The notes beneath the pieces were generated by a model that was not told the origin of the DNA, ran no database searches, and worked only from the letters and a program-made list of their open reading frames with translations. Below, in pieces: positions 19,479 to 28,691 of a stretch of 53,958 nt of DNA (positions are counted from its first letter, which is position 1; the number at the start of each line of letters is the position of its first letter). The position numbers were made by a program, and so were the translations under genes. The stretch comes from a virus. Taxonomy: Duplodnaviria > Caudoviricetes. Location of the stretch: positions 1 through 53,958 of IMG/VR virus record IMGVR_UViG_3300008448_000114. One strand, given 5' to 3'.

Positions 19479-21041
19479 TTATTCGTTATCAGGTATAAAC
19501 TGTTTAGATTCTTTCCATTTTTTTCCTTTTCTACCTTCTTTAAATTCTGTTTTAGCAGCATCAATAGGAATGGCATCCTGAACGTACGAGTTCATATTTG
19601 AAATAGATGGAGCTAAATTAGCAGCTTTAGGGTCTAATATAGTTGTTCTTTCCATTTGAGCATACCATATACCGTCTCTTGACAGCTCGGCTTTTACGTT
19701 TGTAGATGCACTTCTAAGTTTAGAATTTCCTCTTACATTTTGGTCAGCCTGAGCTTTTGTAATACCATTAGCAGATGTAAGATTCTTTCCTTCTGCATCT
19801 TTTAATGGAACTTGCGTATAGTAAGTAACAGTAACCTTTCCATTGGAATCAGGAGATGAAAATTCGTATCCGCCTGCTCTAACTCCACTTGCTCCTGGGT
19901 GGTCTATGTTTGACCAACCATTCATATAAGCATTCCATTCATCTTTATTGAACTTACCGCTTTTAATTGCTTTAGTAAGTGTAGCATCAAATCCTTCTTC
20001 CTCAGATTCTTTTTCTTTTTGGAAAGCAAATCTGCTTCTAGACAAATTTAACTGCCATTGTTTTAATAAGATGCTCTGCGTTCTGTAATCATAAGTATCC
20101 TTGATAACCTGAGGCATTTTTGCTTGAAGCTTTTTAAAAGCAGCTAATTCAAGTTCGTTATCTATAAATTGACCGTCTCCTTTCTGAAACCAAGGCCTCA
20201 TATCTACTCCTGACAAATCTTTATAGGCATCCATTACGCCATTAAATTCGGATTGTCTTTCCCATTCAGGCAATGATTTATATACAGCTAATTGAGGAGA
20301 ATAATGCCTTAAAAATCCTTTTGGCTGAGTATTAGCAAAAGATTCTGTTTGGCCTACAATTCCATAAGGGTCGTAAATACGTGTTTCAGTAAGCTGGTCT
20401 GCATATATCCCTAATTTAGGGTTATTCGTCAAAGTCACTACATCAGGAGTATAAGGTTTTACATTCCTTGTAATAGCGTCATCAAGTTTTACTTCATCAA
20501 ACTTTTTCATGTACTTTAAGTCTGTTACATTGAACTGGTCAATAGGCGTAGCAACACCATTACGGTCAAATGTAAGGCCTTCGCGCTGGTCTAAAGGAAG
20601 CTCTCTTTTTCTTATTAATTCAACTAAGTCGTCTTCATAATAATTAGCATCCTTCATGGCCTCTTTTAATACAGGAAGTGTTTTTTCATCTTCTATTCTT
20701 TCACTAACAGATTTTGTTATTAATGAAGTTGCTTTAGCCATCTTTTCATTTAACTGTTTTCTTTTTGCTACATCGCCTGCATCTAAACTTGGCTTATTAT
20801 TATAATAAAAATCGTTTGCTTCTTTACGCGCATTAAAAATAACATTATCGTCTTGACTTCTTGTTGTTCTTTTGTCAACCATCATTAAGTCTAACTGCTT
20901 CTCGATGTCCTTTTGAGCCTGTGCCTGACGCTTTCTGATAGCAGCAGCGTTCTGGACAATAGCATTGTACGTCTTATTAAAATCTATTACCTGTGCTTCA
21001 AACGCGCCTACCGCCGATGGTATTGGTCTAACTTCTGCCAT
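19479..21041 (-). CDS. Ejection (cargo) protein
   Basis: 520 aa, helical and charged, between the small and giant cargo genes. Confidence 0.55.
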   Translation of the reverse strand: MAEVRPIPSAVGAFEAQVIDFNKTYNAIVQNAAAIRKRQAQAQKDIEKQLDLMMVDKRTTRSQDDNVIFNARKEANDFYYNNKPSLDAGDVAKRKQLNEKMAKATSLITKSVSERIEDEKTLPVLKEAMKDANYYEDDLVELIRKRELPLDQREGLTFDRNGVATPIDQFNVTDLKYMKKFDEVKLDDAITRNVKPYTPDVVTLTNNPKLGIYADQLTETRIYDPYGIVGQTESFANTQPKGFLRHYSPQLAVYKSLPEWERQSEFNGVMDAYKDLSGVDMRPWFQKGDGQFIDNELELAAFKKLQAKMPQVIKDTYDYRTQSILLKQWQLNLSRSRFAFQKEKESEEEGFDATLTKAIKSGKFNKDEWNAYMNGWSNIDHPGASGVRAGGYEFSSPDSNGKVTVTYYTQVPLKDAEGKNLTSANGITKAQADQNVRGNSKLRSASTNVKAELSRDGIWYAQMERTTILDPKAANLAPSISNMNSYVQDAIPIDAAKTEFKEGRKGKKWKESKQFIPDNE

Positions 21042-21053
21042 AATGTATTATAT

Positions 21054-21776
21054 TTATCCTATTCCTGGTATTCTAGGTGTAAAAGAAATTGGTTTTACAT
21101 TTCCAGAAAGGAATTTTTGCTGTGGGTTATATGATGTTTGTCTAAGTGAAGGATTTGTTGTAGTCCCTCCACCTGTCATAGCATCAATATAGTTCTGTTG
21201 CAACATTCCACCTGTAAATGTATCAATACCTCCAGCTATGTTCTGTATTCCAGCTCCTATCAACGCTCTGCGCTGTTGCTCTGTGTTCATCCAAGACTGA
21301 AACTTATTAGCAAAAGCCTTGTCTTGATACTGAGCACCAGCCATCAAAGCAGAATATAAAAACCGTTGATTCTGCATACGAGCAGCAGCATCCTGTGCAG
21401 CTAAACCTACAACAGACCTGTCTTGTTGCGCTTGTACATTACCTTGCCCAGCTAATGCAGAACCTCTTCCAAGAGAAGCTATATTTCTACCTGACTGTAC
21501 AGCTGATTGTTGTATGTTCTGCAAAGCAGCCATACGCTGAGCTTCTGGCATACCTTCAGCAGCCATACCCCTAGCTAAATCAATAGACTGCCCTACCTCT
21601 TTTGGTATTTCATATTTAGGTTCAGGCTTCTTCTTAGGTGCAAATAACATTTGTCCTGCGCCTAATAACGCTTTTGCTCCTGCTCCTATTGCTAATGCTG
21701 CTAACGGAGCAATAGAGTAATACATGCCATCGCTATTCGGAATTATTTTTAAGAAATGTAAGATAAGACCTAACAT
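21054..21776 (-). CDS. Small ejection protein
   Basis: A/G/Q-rich helical protein with a hydrophobic N-terminal segment, directly after the muzzle gene. Confidence 0.6.
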   Translation of the reverse strand: MLGLILHFLKIIPNSDGMYYSIAPLAALAIGAGAKALLGAGQMLFAPKKKPEPKYEIPKEVGQSIDLARGMAAEGMPEAQRMAALQNIQQSAVQSGRNIASLGRGSALAGQGNVQAQQDRSVVGLAAQDAAARMQNQRFLYSALMAGAQYQDKAFANKFQSWMNTEQQRRALIGAGIQNIAGGIDTFTGGMLQQNYIDAMTGGGTTTNPSLRQTSYNPQQKFLSGNVKPISFTPRIPGIG

Positions 21777-21777
21777 A

Positions 21778-24700
21778 CTACATATTTGTTAAAGGTGATT
21801 GAATATATTTCAAAGATACAGAAATTAAGCGTTGAGACGTAGAAGAACTGTTATTAAGTTCAACACGTGCAAAAAGACCCTTCATTGACTCCCCGAAGAA
21901 CTTACCTCCAGGCTTGTTTGTGGCTCTTTTAATAGTAGCATTAAACTTATTCTCCATCGCATTATAAGTAACGCTACCAGCCACTTTTTGGAAGTCATTC
22001 GCCTCGATGCTTGTTGTCTGATTTGTTAGTGGTCCGGTAGCTAAAAACCCTGTCCAAAGACCATTAGCCAACTCCTCTATTGCCACATACGTCTTTTTCA
22101 GCTGGAAATTGCCATTGAAGTGCGTATGGATAGATGAACTTTGCTGTTCTCCGTAGAAGTTGTTTCTGACGATATTGTCATGCTTATACAAGTGCCATCC
22201 CTGATTTACCTGAGCCGTTGGGTCAACATATAAAGTATAAATAAGCCCATTTATGAACAGCATAGCATTAGCCTTAGTAAACCCATAAAAGCTTTCAAAG
22301 TTCTTATCAGCCTCGCTGTAAGCTATTATATTGTTGGTAATAATACTTGTATCAGGGTCAATGCTTCCAATAAGCATAACCACATTCCTGTTCTCGTAAT
22401 TAAAACAGCCGTATCCGTATGAGTTAACATTTATATTTTCATTGGCCCATGTAGCCATATTATACGTGTCGCTGATATTAGTAACGCCATCTAAACTAAC
22501 CCTTACAATAGCCTTATTTAAAGAGTCTATGAAGTAATCGCCGTAATCTGTTGATATTAAACTACTTCCATATTTATCTATACCATATTCTCCGGAGTAG
22601 TAGTTAGGCTTATTCAATAGCTTCTCTGATAAAGCCACCTGAGTAGATGTAGCATTGTCCACGATGATGCTACGATATATAGGTATCATAGCCACCTTAA
22701 ACCGCTGGAACATACGTATGAAGTTCTCACGCGTCTTTAAACGTAGAATATCCCCAAAGCTGTTATCTGCTTCCTCCTGATTTTCAGGATAGAATCTGTT
22801 AAGGTTGTTTATGTTAGAGCCTTGCAAATATGAATTAGAGAAACGTAGTAATGCCGGGAAATACTGAGATTTAGCAGATTCGTCAATAACAAGAGGTCTG
22901 CCTTGACTCCAAACAGCACTCTCCCAAAAGTCGCTGAAGTTAGCATCCATACATGTGTATTCTGTATATTCATTAGCAGAACCTGTAACAAGCCTTCTTA
23001 ATCTTGTGTAGTAGTCTCCATCGCCAAGTCTTATTATAGCAGATTGAGAACCAGCCCCAATTATTTGATTTTGAGCAGAACCGCTATGAACAAGATTTCC
23101 ATTAACGTCATTAACAATATTAAATCTTTCCCCTATTTCATAATAAACATTTTCAGTCTCGTCTGAAATAACTGGAGCAGGCCTTAATATTTCTATCAAA
23201 TATTGGTGACTTGTATTAGAGCTTATATTCATTCCTGCTACAAACGCTAACTTAAGATGAATGTCTGTTCCTCCTTTGGCTAGTACGCCAAGTATCTCAT
23301 GGTCTTTTTGACCTACAACTACAGAGCCAGATGTCATATTTTTTATAATACGCACCCTGTCGCCTTTTACAAAAGATGTAGTTCCGTAGTTAACTATTGT
23401 TGAAGAAGCAGGTACTTCTTGCCCATGAACAAGTATATTTTGAATATTTAAATATATGTATGGAGCAGGAGTTTGACTAGTTTCGTTTACTATAGAAGCT
23501 TTTGTTATTAAAAACTTTGAAAACGAACTTGTAAGCTCTTTACTTCTTACGATATGATAATAGCTTGCCCAAGATGGAGGAGCATGATTAATATTTAATT
23601 GAACAGTAAATATTTTTGGCTGACCTGTTACTTCTTTATATTCAGGTATATCGACAGTTAAATTCTTATTGTTCCCAATATAAACGCCATTAGTTTTACC
23701 ATCATGACTATAATAAGCTATCCCATATTTATATCTTCCTTTCCATTTCAATGAAGATACAGAATCTGTTGAATTGCCTGTAGCTCCAGTAAATGGCTCA
23801 AAAGTATTTGTAACGCCGCCTCCAAGAAAATCACTCGAAATAAAATAATGGTCAGAACTAATAAGATTAAAGCGAATTATAACATAGCTCCCAAGATTAT
23901 AATCTATAAACATCTCAATATTAGAACTTGTTGAGTTTATAAGATTCCTTATACTTATAAGAGCATCATATAATGTTTGACCTGATGTTACTGTATAGTT
24001 TATTGGAGGTTCAGAAACCGGATTTAAGTTATTTATGTCTAATGGGTATGATTGATATATATAAAAACCAAAACTTATAATATCTCCAGCATTTACTGTA
24101 CCAGTTACTTCTACTACCTGTTGCGTATTATAATAAAGATATGGAGGATTTGGCTCAAAAAATGAGTTATTATAAGATGCAGGGTCAAACGTAACGCTAC
24201 CTGGTATAGCAGGGTTTACTTCATATATTGATGATGTTACATCAAAATTTGTAAGTCTTGGCAACCCTTCTTTAATCCCTCCATAAACCAAAGTGCTACC
24301 ATTAGCTAGCTCCAAAGCATTAGCCTCATCAGGAACATAATCGAACAGCAAGTTCCCTTCTTCTATGTCAATAGGAATATAAGAGCCATCATTAAAAAAA
24401 GAATACTGATATGATGTATTATTCCCTAAGGATAATTGAGCTTTGTCAAGTGTTTCTATAAGGAAGAAATCACTCCATACAGATTCTATGTTTACCCTTC
24501 CGGCAATCTCTATCTTTTTAACTAACTTGTTACCTGTTTGAACGTTTACGTAAATACCATTTGCTTTTGTTCCGTCAGCATAATAAGCATCATCATTAGC
24601 CTTTGTTGGCAATGGGACTTTGCTTATTGCGCTCCATACGCTTTTCTCCTCATCATCAAAAACAAACCTATACTTAAACTGGAATAGCTTCTTTCTTAAG

Positions 24701-25287
24701 TTGTTTATGCTTCTTCCGGCAGCATCATAATAACTACATATTGGCTGGCTTGTAGAAGGAGCTTTGATTACCTTAAAATAATCAAACAGCACATCGTTTG
24801 TAGCTGATAACGTAGGGAGAGTAGAAATATTAAACTTTAAAGGCCTTTTCAACGGGTCTATAAAATAAACCAAATCTCCTCCGTTATCCTTATATACAAC
24901 CTTAATATCCTTGATAATCTTATTTGGATTGTACTGCGAATCTGTCCCCCAGTTAAGTATAGTTCCTCCACCTGTATCAGCCCTATCCTCAAATAAAACA
25001 GTATGAACCTCTGTAGCTACATCTACAACAATTATTCTATGATTTTGGGTTGCATTAAATGTAAAGTAGATAATACGCTGTCTTGTCTTATCAAAGTGAG
25101 CTCCACAAATCCATTCTGAACCATTGGCAGGAGGAGGTGCACCTGCTAAAAGAGTGTTCCCCAGCAGGTTAGTTATACCCTCAGAACCATTAGTAACATT
25201 CATGGCATAGATATAATCTCCGGCAGGCAATAACTCAGGCGCTGCATCGGTATTCATCCCACCATTAAAACCTCTTACATCTACCAT
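21778..25287 (-). CDS. Tail muzzle / stabilization protein
   Basis: 1169 aa. N-terminal FNGGMNTD...LP.GDYIYAMNV, KLFQFKYRFV..D.E.S, C-terminal GESMKG.F. Confidence 0.75.
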   Translation of the reverse strand: MVDVRGFNGGMNTDAAPELLPAGDYIYAMNVTNGSEGITNLLGNTLLAGAPPPANGSEWICGAHFDKTRQRIIYFTFNATQNHRIIVVDVATEVHTVLFEDRADTGGGTILNWGTDSQYNPNKIIKDIKVVYKDNGGDLVYFIDPLKRPLKFNISTLPTLSATNDVLFDYFKVIKAPSTSQPICSYYDAAGRSINNLRKKLFQFKYRFVFDDEEKSVWSAISKVPLPTKANDDAYYADGTKANGIYVNVQTGNKLVKKIEIAGRVNIESVWSDFFLIETLDKAQLSLGNNTSYQYSFFNDGSYIPIDIEEGNLLFDYVPDEANALELANGSTLVYGGIKEGLPRLTNFDVTSSIYEVNPAIPGSVTFDPASYNNSFFEPNPPYLYYNTQQVVEVTGTVNAGDIISFGFYIYQSYPLDINNLNPVSEPPINYTVTSGQTLYDALISIRNLINSTSSNIEMFIDYNLGSYVIIRFNLISSDHYFISSDFLGGGVTNTFEPFTGATGNSTDSVSSLKWKGRYKYGIAYYSHDGKTNGVYIGNNKNLTVDIPEYKEVTGQPKIFTVQLNINHAPPSWASYYHIVRSKELTSSFSKFLITKASIVNETSQTPAPYIYLNIQNILVHGQEVPASSTIVNYGTTSFVKGDRVRIIKNMTSGSVVVGQKDHEILGVLAKGGTDIHLKLAFVAGMNISSNTSHQYLIEILRPAPVISDETENVYYEIGERFNIVNDVNGNLVHSGSAQNQIIGAGSQSAIIRLGDGDYYTRLRRLVTGSANEYTEYTCMDANFSDFWESAVWSQGRPLVIDESAKSQYFPALLRFSNSYLQGSNINNLNRFYPENQEEADNSFGDILRLKTRENFIRMFQRFKVAMIPIYRSIIVDNATSTQVALSEKLLNKPNYYSGEYGIDKYGSSLISTDYGDYFIDSLNKAIVRVSLDGVTNISDTYNMATWANENINVNSYGYGCFNYENRNVVMLIGSIDPDTSIITNNIIAYSEADKNFESFYGFTKANAMLFINGLIYTLYVDPTAQVNQGWHLYKHDNIVRNNFYGEQQSSSIHTHFNGNFQLKKTYVAIEELANGLWTGFLATGPLTNQTTSIEANDFQKVAGSVTYNAMENKFNATIKRATNKPGGKFFGESMKGLFARVELNNSSSTSQRLISVSLKYIQSPLTNM

Positions 25288-25289
25288 AT

Positions 25290-26051
25290 TTATCCTTTAA
25301 CAGCAAGAACTTCTCCGGCTCTGATAATATCATTAGCCTCCCAAATTCTTACAGGGTTTATTCTGAATTTTGCTTTCTTTTTCTCTCTTACGTAGTTCAC
25401 TCTGCGCTGTTCCTTGCCCATCTCCTGGAACCTTCTGCCAACCGTCTTATACTCATGGTCCTTCCAAGCTATCCAGGAAATCAACGCCTCCTTAACAATA
25501 ATAGGAACCTTATACTCTTCATCCTCTCTTGGAGAAGATACGTATTCAAGTATTACATATTCGTACGCAAACTGATTATCAAGGATAATAACACCAGCAT
25601 CCTCGTCAATATTAAAGTTGCCGGCACTCATTAAAAACCCTCCTAATCCATACAGATTAAACAGCGAACCATTATTATCGTAGTTCAGATAAACAAAGTC
25701 GCGAATGTTTGTAGGGTCAACAGGGGCATCCGTATTCAAATCAGTTCTGTTAGTTAACTCACTAGCAAACAATGACAGATTTGGGTTTTTTGATAATGTA
25801 GCCACTTCCCCTTCGCTGTTCAATACACCAATCTTAGCATAAGATACGTAGTCTCCGGGAAGCTTTACCGTCTTATTAGGAAGTACAACTAATTTAGCCG
25901 TCTTAGGAGTCTGATAGATATTAAATGACATATCCTCCAGTCCTCTAAAAGCTATATTCCACAGCCTTCTGTAGTGAGCCATATTAAGCTCTGCTTGGGA
26001 GATATACTCCTTTACAACCTCCTCCAAAGTAACATATCGAGCTGTATTCAT
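25290..26051 (-). CDS. Tail ring (tubular) protein
   Basis: VKLPGDYVSYAKIG motif and position before the muzzle gene. Confidence 0.65.
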   Translation of the reverse strand: MNTARYVTLEEVVKEYISQAELNMAHYRRLWNIAFRGLEDMSFNIYQTPKTAKLVVLPNKTVKLPGDYVSYAKIGVLNSEGEVATLSKNPNLSLFASELTNRTDLNTDAPVDPTNIRDFVYLNYDNNGSLFNLYGLGGFLMSAGNFNIDEDAGVIILDNQFAYEYVILEYVSSPREDEEYKVPIIVKEALISWIAWKDHEYKTVGRRFQEMGKEQRRVNYVREKKKAKFRINPVRIWEANDIIRAGEVLAVKG

Positions 26052-26058
26052 CTAAGTA

Positions 26059-26673
26059 TTATTTAATATCTGTTCCGTCGTTTGCAATATCAATCACGTT
26101 AGCTCTGCTCTTCAGCCTTCTGATAACCAAATCAGCAGCCTGCGTACCAACGTTATCGGGGATGTCATCGTTATCTTCAATCTTTGTAGTAACCATCCGT
26201 ACGATAGCTTTTAAGTCCTTGATGTTCTTATAGCTCATCATATAGAACTGGTCGCCCTCTGCCCATCCGTAAATCTTGTTTTTAGGCATCGGAATACCTC
26301 TCATAATGTCAATCTCCTGAGGGGCAATCTGTACAACAGTTTCGGTGAGCTGTCCTTCAGCACTCTTAAAGTAAACACCTGCGATAGAAATACCTCTCGG
26401 AAGACCAAGTGGAACTTGGGGAAGACAGAAATAATAGTATCCGGTATCAGTATCTTTACTTACACTACGATTCTTAAAAGTAGCATAGTAAAAGTCATTC
26501 ATATAAGTAACACTCTCAAGCTCTGCGGAAGCCTTATATCTTTCTTCCATAACAGTAGCTATGGCCTGACTGAGCCATAACCCTATCTCATTATCAGATA
26601 CTTGTGCATCATCATGCGGCAACCCGTTGTTCAGGTCGCGCTGTATAAGTTCTATCAGTTGAGCTCTTGTCAT
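26059..26673 (-). CDS. Tail ring / adaptor protein
   Basis: Size and synteny. Confidence 0.55.
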   Translation of the reverse strand: MTRAQLIELIQRDLNNGLPHDDAQVSDNEIGLWLSQAIATVMEERYKASAELESVTYMNDFYYATFKNRSVSKDTDTGYYYFCLPQVPLGLPRGISIAGVYFKSAEGQLTETVVQIAPQEIDIMRGIPMPKNKIYGWAEGDQFYMMSYKNIKDLKAIVRMVTTKIEDNDDIPDNVGTQAADLVIRRLKSRANVIDIANDGTDIK

Positions 26674-27356
26674 TCGCCTTGTTGTTTAACAGTCTGAGAC
26701 ATTCTTATCAAGTCGGCATCTTTAAGATTGATACCTATAAGTCCAAGCTGTATGAATATAAGTTCGTTTATCTCCTGGTCTCTCCACTCAGGATTCTTTA
26801 ACGTAGGGTCTGCCGGATTAAATGTAGGCACACCTCCTGATATAGTAAATGGCCAAGTAATGTCCTGTGGCTTTCTGATATACGTCATAATCATCCTATC
26901 CAAATCATCAACACCTGACAGAATCCTAAAACCTGCATCGTACTCATAATAATAGGGATTTGTAGCAGAAGGAGGGTCAATCGTAGAACTTATAGCACTA
27001 TGTATCTGCTCGTGGCGTACACGTCTTACCCTTCCTCCATCTTCCGTATTGAGACTTAAAAGTTTCAAAAAGTCGGTAAATTGTGTCTTTACTGACGCAA
27101 TTTCATTTGCAGACTTAAGCGTTACTCTCTTAGTAAATGGAGCAAGCTTTTCCTCTACAACCTGCGTCATGTGACTTCCAGTACGAGCAACAGGCCTTCC
27201 TGGCTGATACTCCTGTACCTGACCTAAAATCCGGTTAATGTATATCCTTTGAGCCGTATTGAATGTACTGACAAACTCATCAGGAGCTACATATCCGTGA
27301 TGATACTTATTGCAGAGGAATTGCACTTCCTCATATACCGAGTTAGAAGTAGCCAT
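26670..27356 (-). CDS. Tail ring / adaptor protein
   Basis: NK...GYVAPDEF...FN.AQ and YIRKP....W motifs. Start moved to ATG 27356, after TATCTTTG-GTGT. Confidence 0.65.
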   Translation of the reverse strand: MATSNSVYEEVQFLCNKYHHGYVAPDEFVSTFNTAQRIYINRILGQVQEYQPGRPVARTGSHMTQVVEEKLAPFTKRVTLKSANEIASVKTQFTDFLKLLSLNTEDGGRVRRVRHEQIHSAISSTIDPPSATNPYYYEYDAGFRILSGVDDLDRMIMTYIRKPQDITWPFTISGGVPTFNPADPTLKNPEWRDQEINELIFIQLGLIGINLKDADLIRMSQTVKQQGE

Positions 27357-27371
27357 ACACCAAAGATAAAA

Positions 27372-27421
27372 ATAAAAGGCCACTGTAGAAACAGCAGCCT
27401 AAACCTAAAACATGAAAAAAT
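27372..27421 (-). ncRNA. Cassette B: anti-start-codon sRNA candidate with hexaloop terminator
   Basis: Minus strand TTTTTTCATGTTTTAGGTTT-AGGCTGCTG-TTTCTA-CAGTGGCCT-TTT. Confidence 0.5.
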
Positions 27422-27439
27422 CAAACTTTATATCAACAC

Positions 27440-28414
27440 TTATTCAGAAACTACGTTTTTAAGGGTTTCGTAAAATTCGTTAGCTTCCTTCGTTTTTGTC
27501 ATCGCAAACTCGGTAATAGACTCATACGCCTTCTTACCCAAAGGAATCTCACAAATCACCGCACCATCCTTCCAGCAGGCATATCCTTTCTTCGTAGATA
27601 CATCAATATGCCCATCGTCAATCCCTTTCTTTACAAAGAACTGAACTTTGGAGATAGTGGTTCCGGCAGACTTCATGAAAGCGTCAGGATTAGCACCGGC
27701 CTTATTAGCGTACTCTACACGTACTTTAGCTATCGTTTTCTGCTCTCCGTACTCGTTTGTCATACCAATGCCTAAGTACTGGGCATGAATCATCATATCC
27801 TCTACAGAAGCGTTCATAGAGAAGTTAATAGCCCTTAATCTTGCTTCTTCTTTTTTCAGCTCATTAGATTCGTTTTCTGCTGTATTTACAAGGGTATATC
27901 TTGCTTTCTTATTACGCATACGGTTCTCCTTCTTATCGTAATCGTCGCTGTTAAGTAAGAAGTTCAACAGCGTTCTATTGGTACGAGGAACGCGCAGTAT
28001 CCCATTGTTAAAGATAATATCCTGCTTGTTACGCTGGATGTACTGAGGAGTAAACCCTTCCTGCTCATCCATCCAAATAGAACTTGCTCCACGGATAAGA
28101 CGAATCGTTCTTACGGAGTTGCTTTGTACGTCAAATACAGGCATCTCATTCACCAAAGACTCATAAGACTTAGGCTTAACATCAGATGGCAATAACAGCT
28201 TAAAGACGTACATATCCGGCTCTTTCTGTTGCACCTTAATCTTTTCTTCTGTCCTCTTAATCATGCGTTTTAGCTGTAAAGAATCATCATCTTCAAATTC
28301 TTTAATAGTAGCTTGAGAGGTTGTTCTCTCTTGAGTAACAGCACCTGTGCTGTCATCAAATGCGTTCAATACGGGTAGTTGAACTTGTTGTTTTACCTGT
28401 TTTTTCTCTGACAT
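27440..28414 (-). CDS. Conserved protein downstream of the capsid gene (crAss-like head module)
   Basis: IRLIRGASSIWMDEQ...IIFNNGILRVP...LLNFL. Start at MSEKK, after TATATTTG at 28438-28431. Confidence 0.6.
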   Translation of the reverse strand: MSEKKQVKQQVQLPVLNAFDDSTGAVTQERTTSQATIKEFEDDDSLQLKRMIKRTEEKIKVQQKEPDMYVFKLLLPSDVKPKSYESLVNEMPVFDVQSNSVRTIRLIRGASSIWMDEQEGFTPQYIQRNKQDIIFNNGILRVPRTNRTLLNFLLNSDDYDKKENRMRNKKARYTLVNTAENESNELKKEEARLRAINFSMNASVEDMMIHAQYLGIGMTNEYGEQKTIAKVRVEYANKAGANPDAFMKSAGTTISKVQFFVKKGIDDGHIDVSTKKGYACWKDGAVICEIPLGKKAYESITEFAMTKTKEANEFYETLKNVVSE

Positions 28415-28440
28415 ATTACTTTGTTTGATACAAATATATA

Positions 28441-28500
28441 AAAAAGCCCTCAATTTAAAAAAAGAGGGCGATGATTAACTCTAAACAAAACTTTATGAGA
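28441..28500 (-). ncRNA. Cassette C: stand-alone anti-start-codon sRNA candidate
   Basis: Own TATATTTG box (28512-28505), then CTCATAAAGTTTTGTTTAGAGTTAATC, hairpin GCCCTC/GAGGGC and TTTTT. No ORF. Confidence 0.55.
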
Positions 28501-28527
28501 TACGCAAATATACGATTATATACGAAA

Positions 28528-28586
28528 CAAAAACCCCCGAGTATAAACAAGGGGGGCCAGTAATAGAAAACAGGTAAATCCAATGC
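28528..28586 (-). ncRNA. Cassette D: sRNA candidate
   Basis: Box variant TAATTTTA (28596-28589), arm GCATTGGATTTACCTGTTTTCTATTACTGG, hairpin CCCCC-TT-G-TTTATA-C-TC-GGGGG, TTTTT. Confidence 0.5.
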
Positions 28587-28645
28587 TGTAAAATTACTCC
28601 TATATCAACTATTATTTCAATCTATCAATCAACACATAGCAAAAG

Positions 28646-28667
28646 AAAAACCCCTCTTTTGGAGGGG
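28646..28667 (-). terminator. Intrinsic terminator of the capsid gene
   Basis: CCCCTC-CAAAA-GAGGGG-TTTTT. Confidence 0.75.
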
Positions 28668-28691
28668 CCTTCTTTCTATGCTTAGTTAAGA

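Noticed and set aside
7958-21776. Virion RNA polymerase as in gut crAss phages
   Set aside because: I saw no DFDxD catalytic motif in the cargo proteins, and the promoters are host-type.
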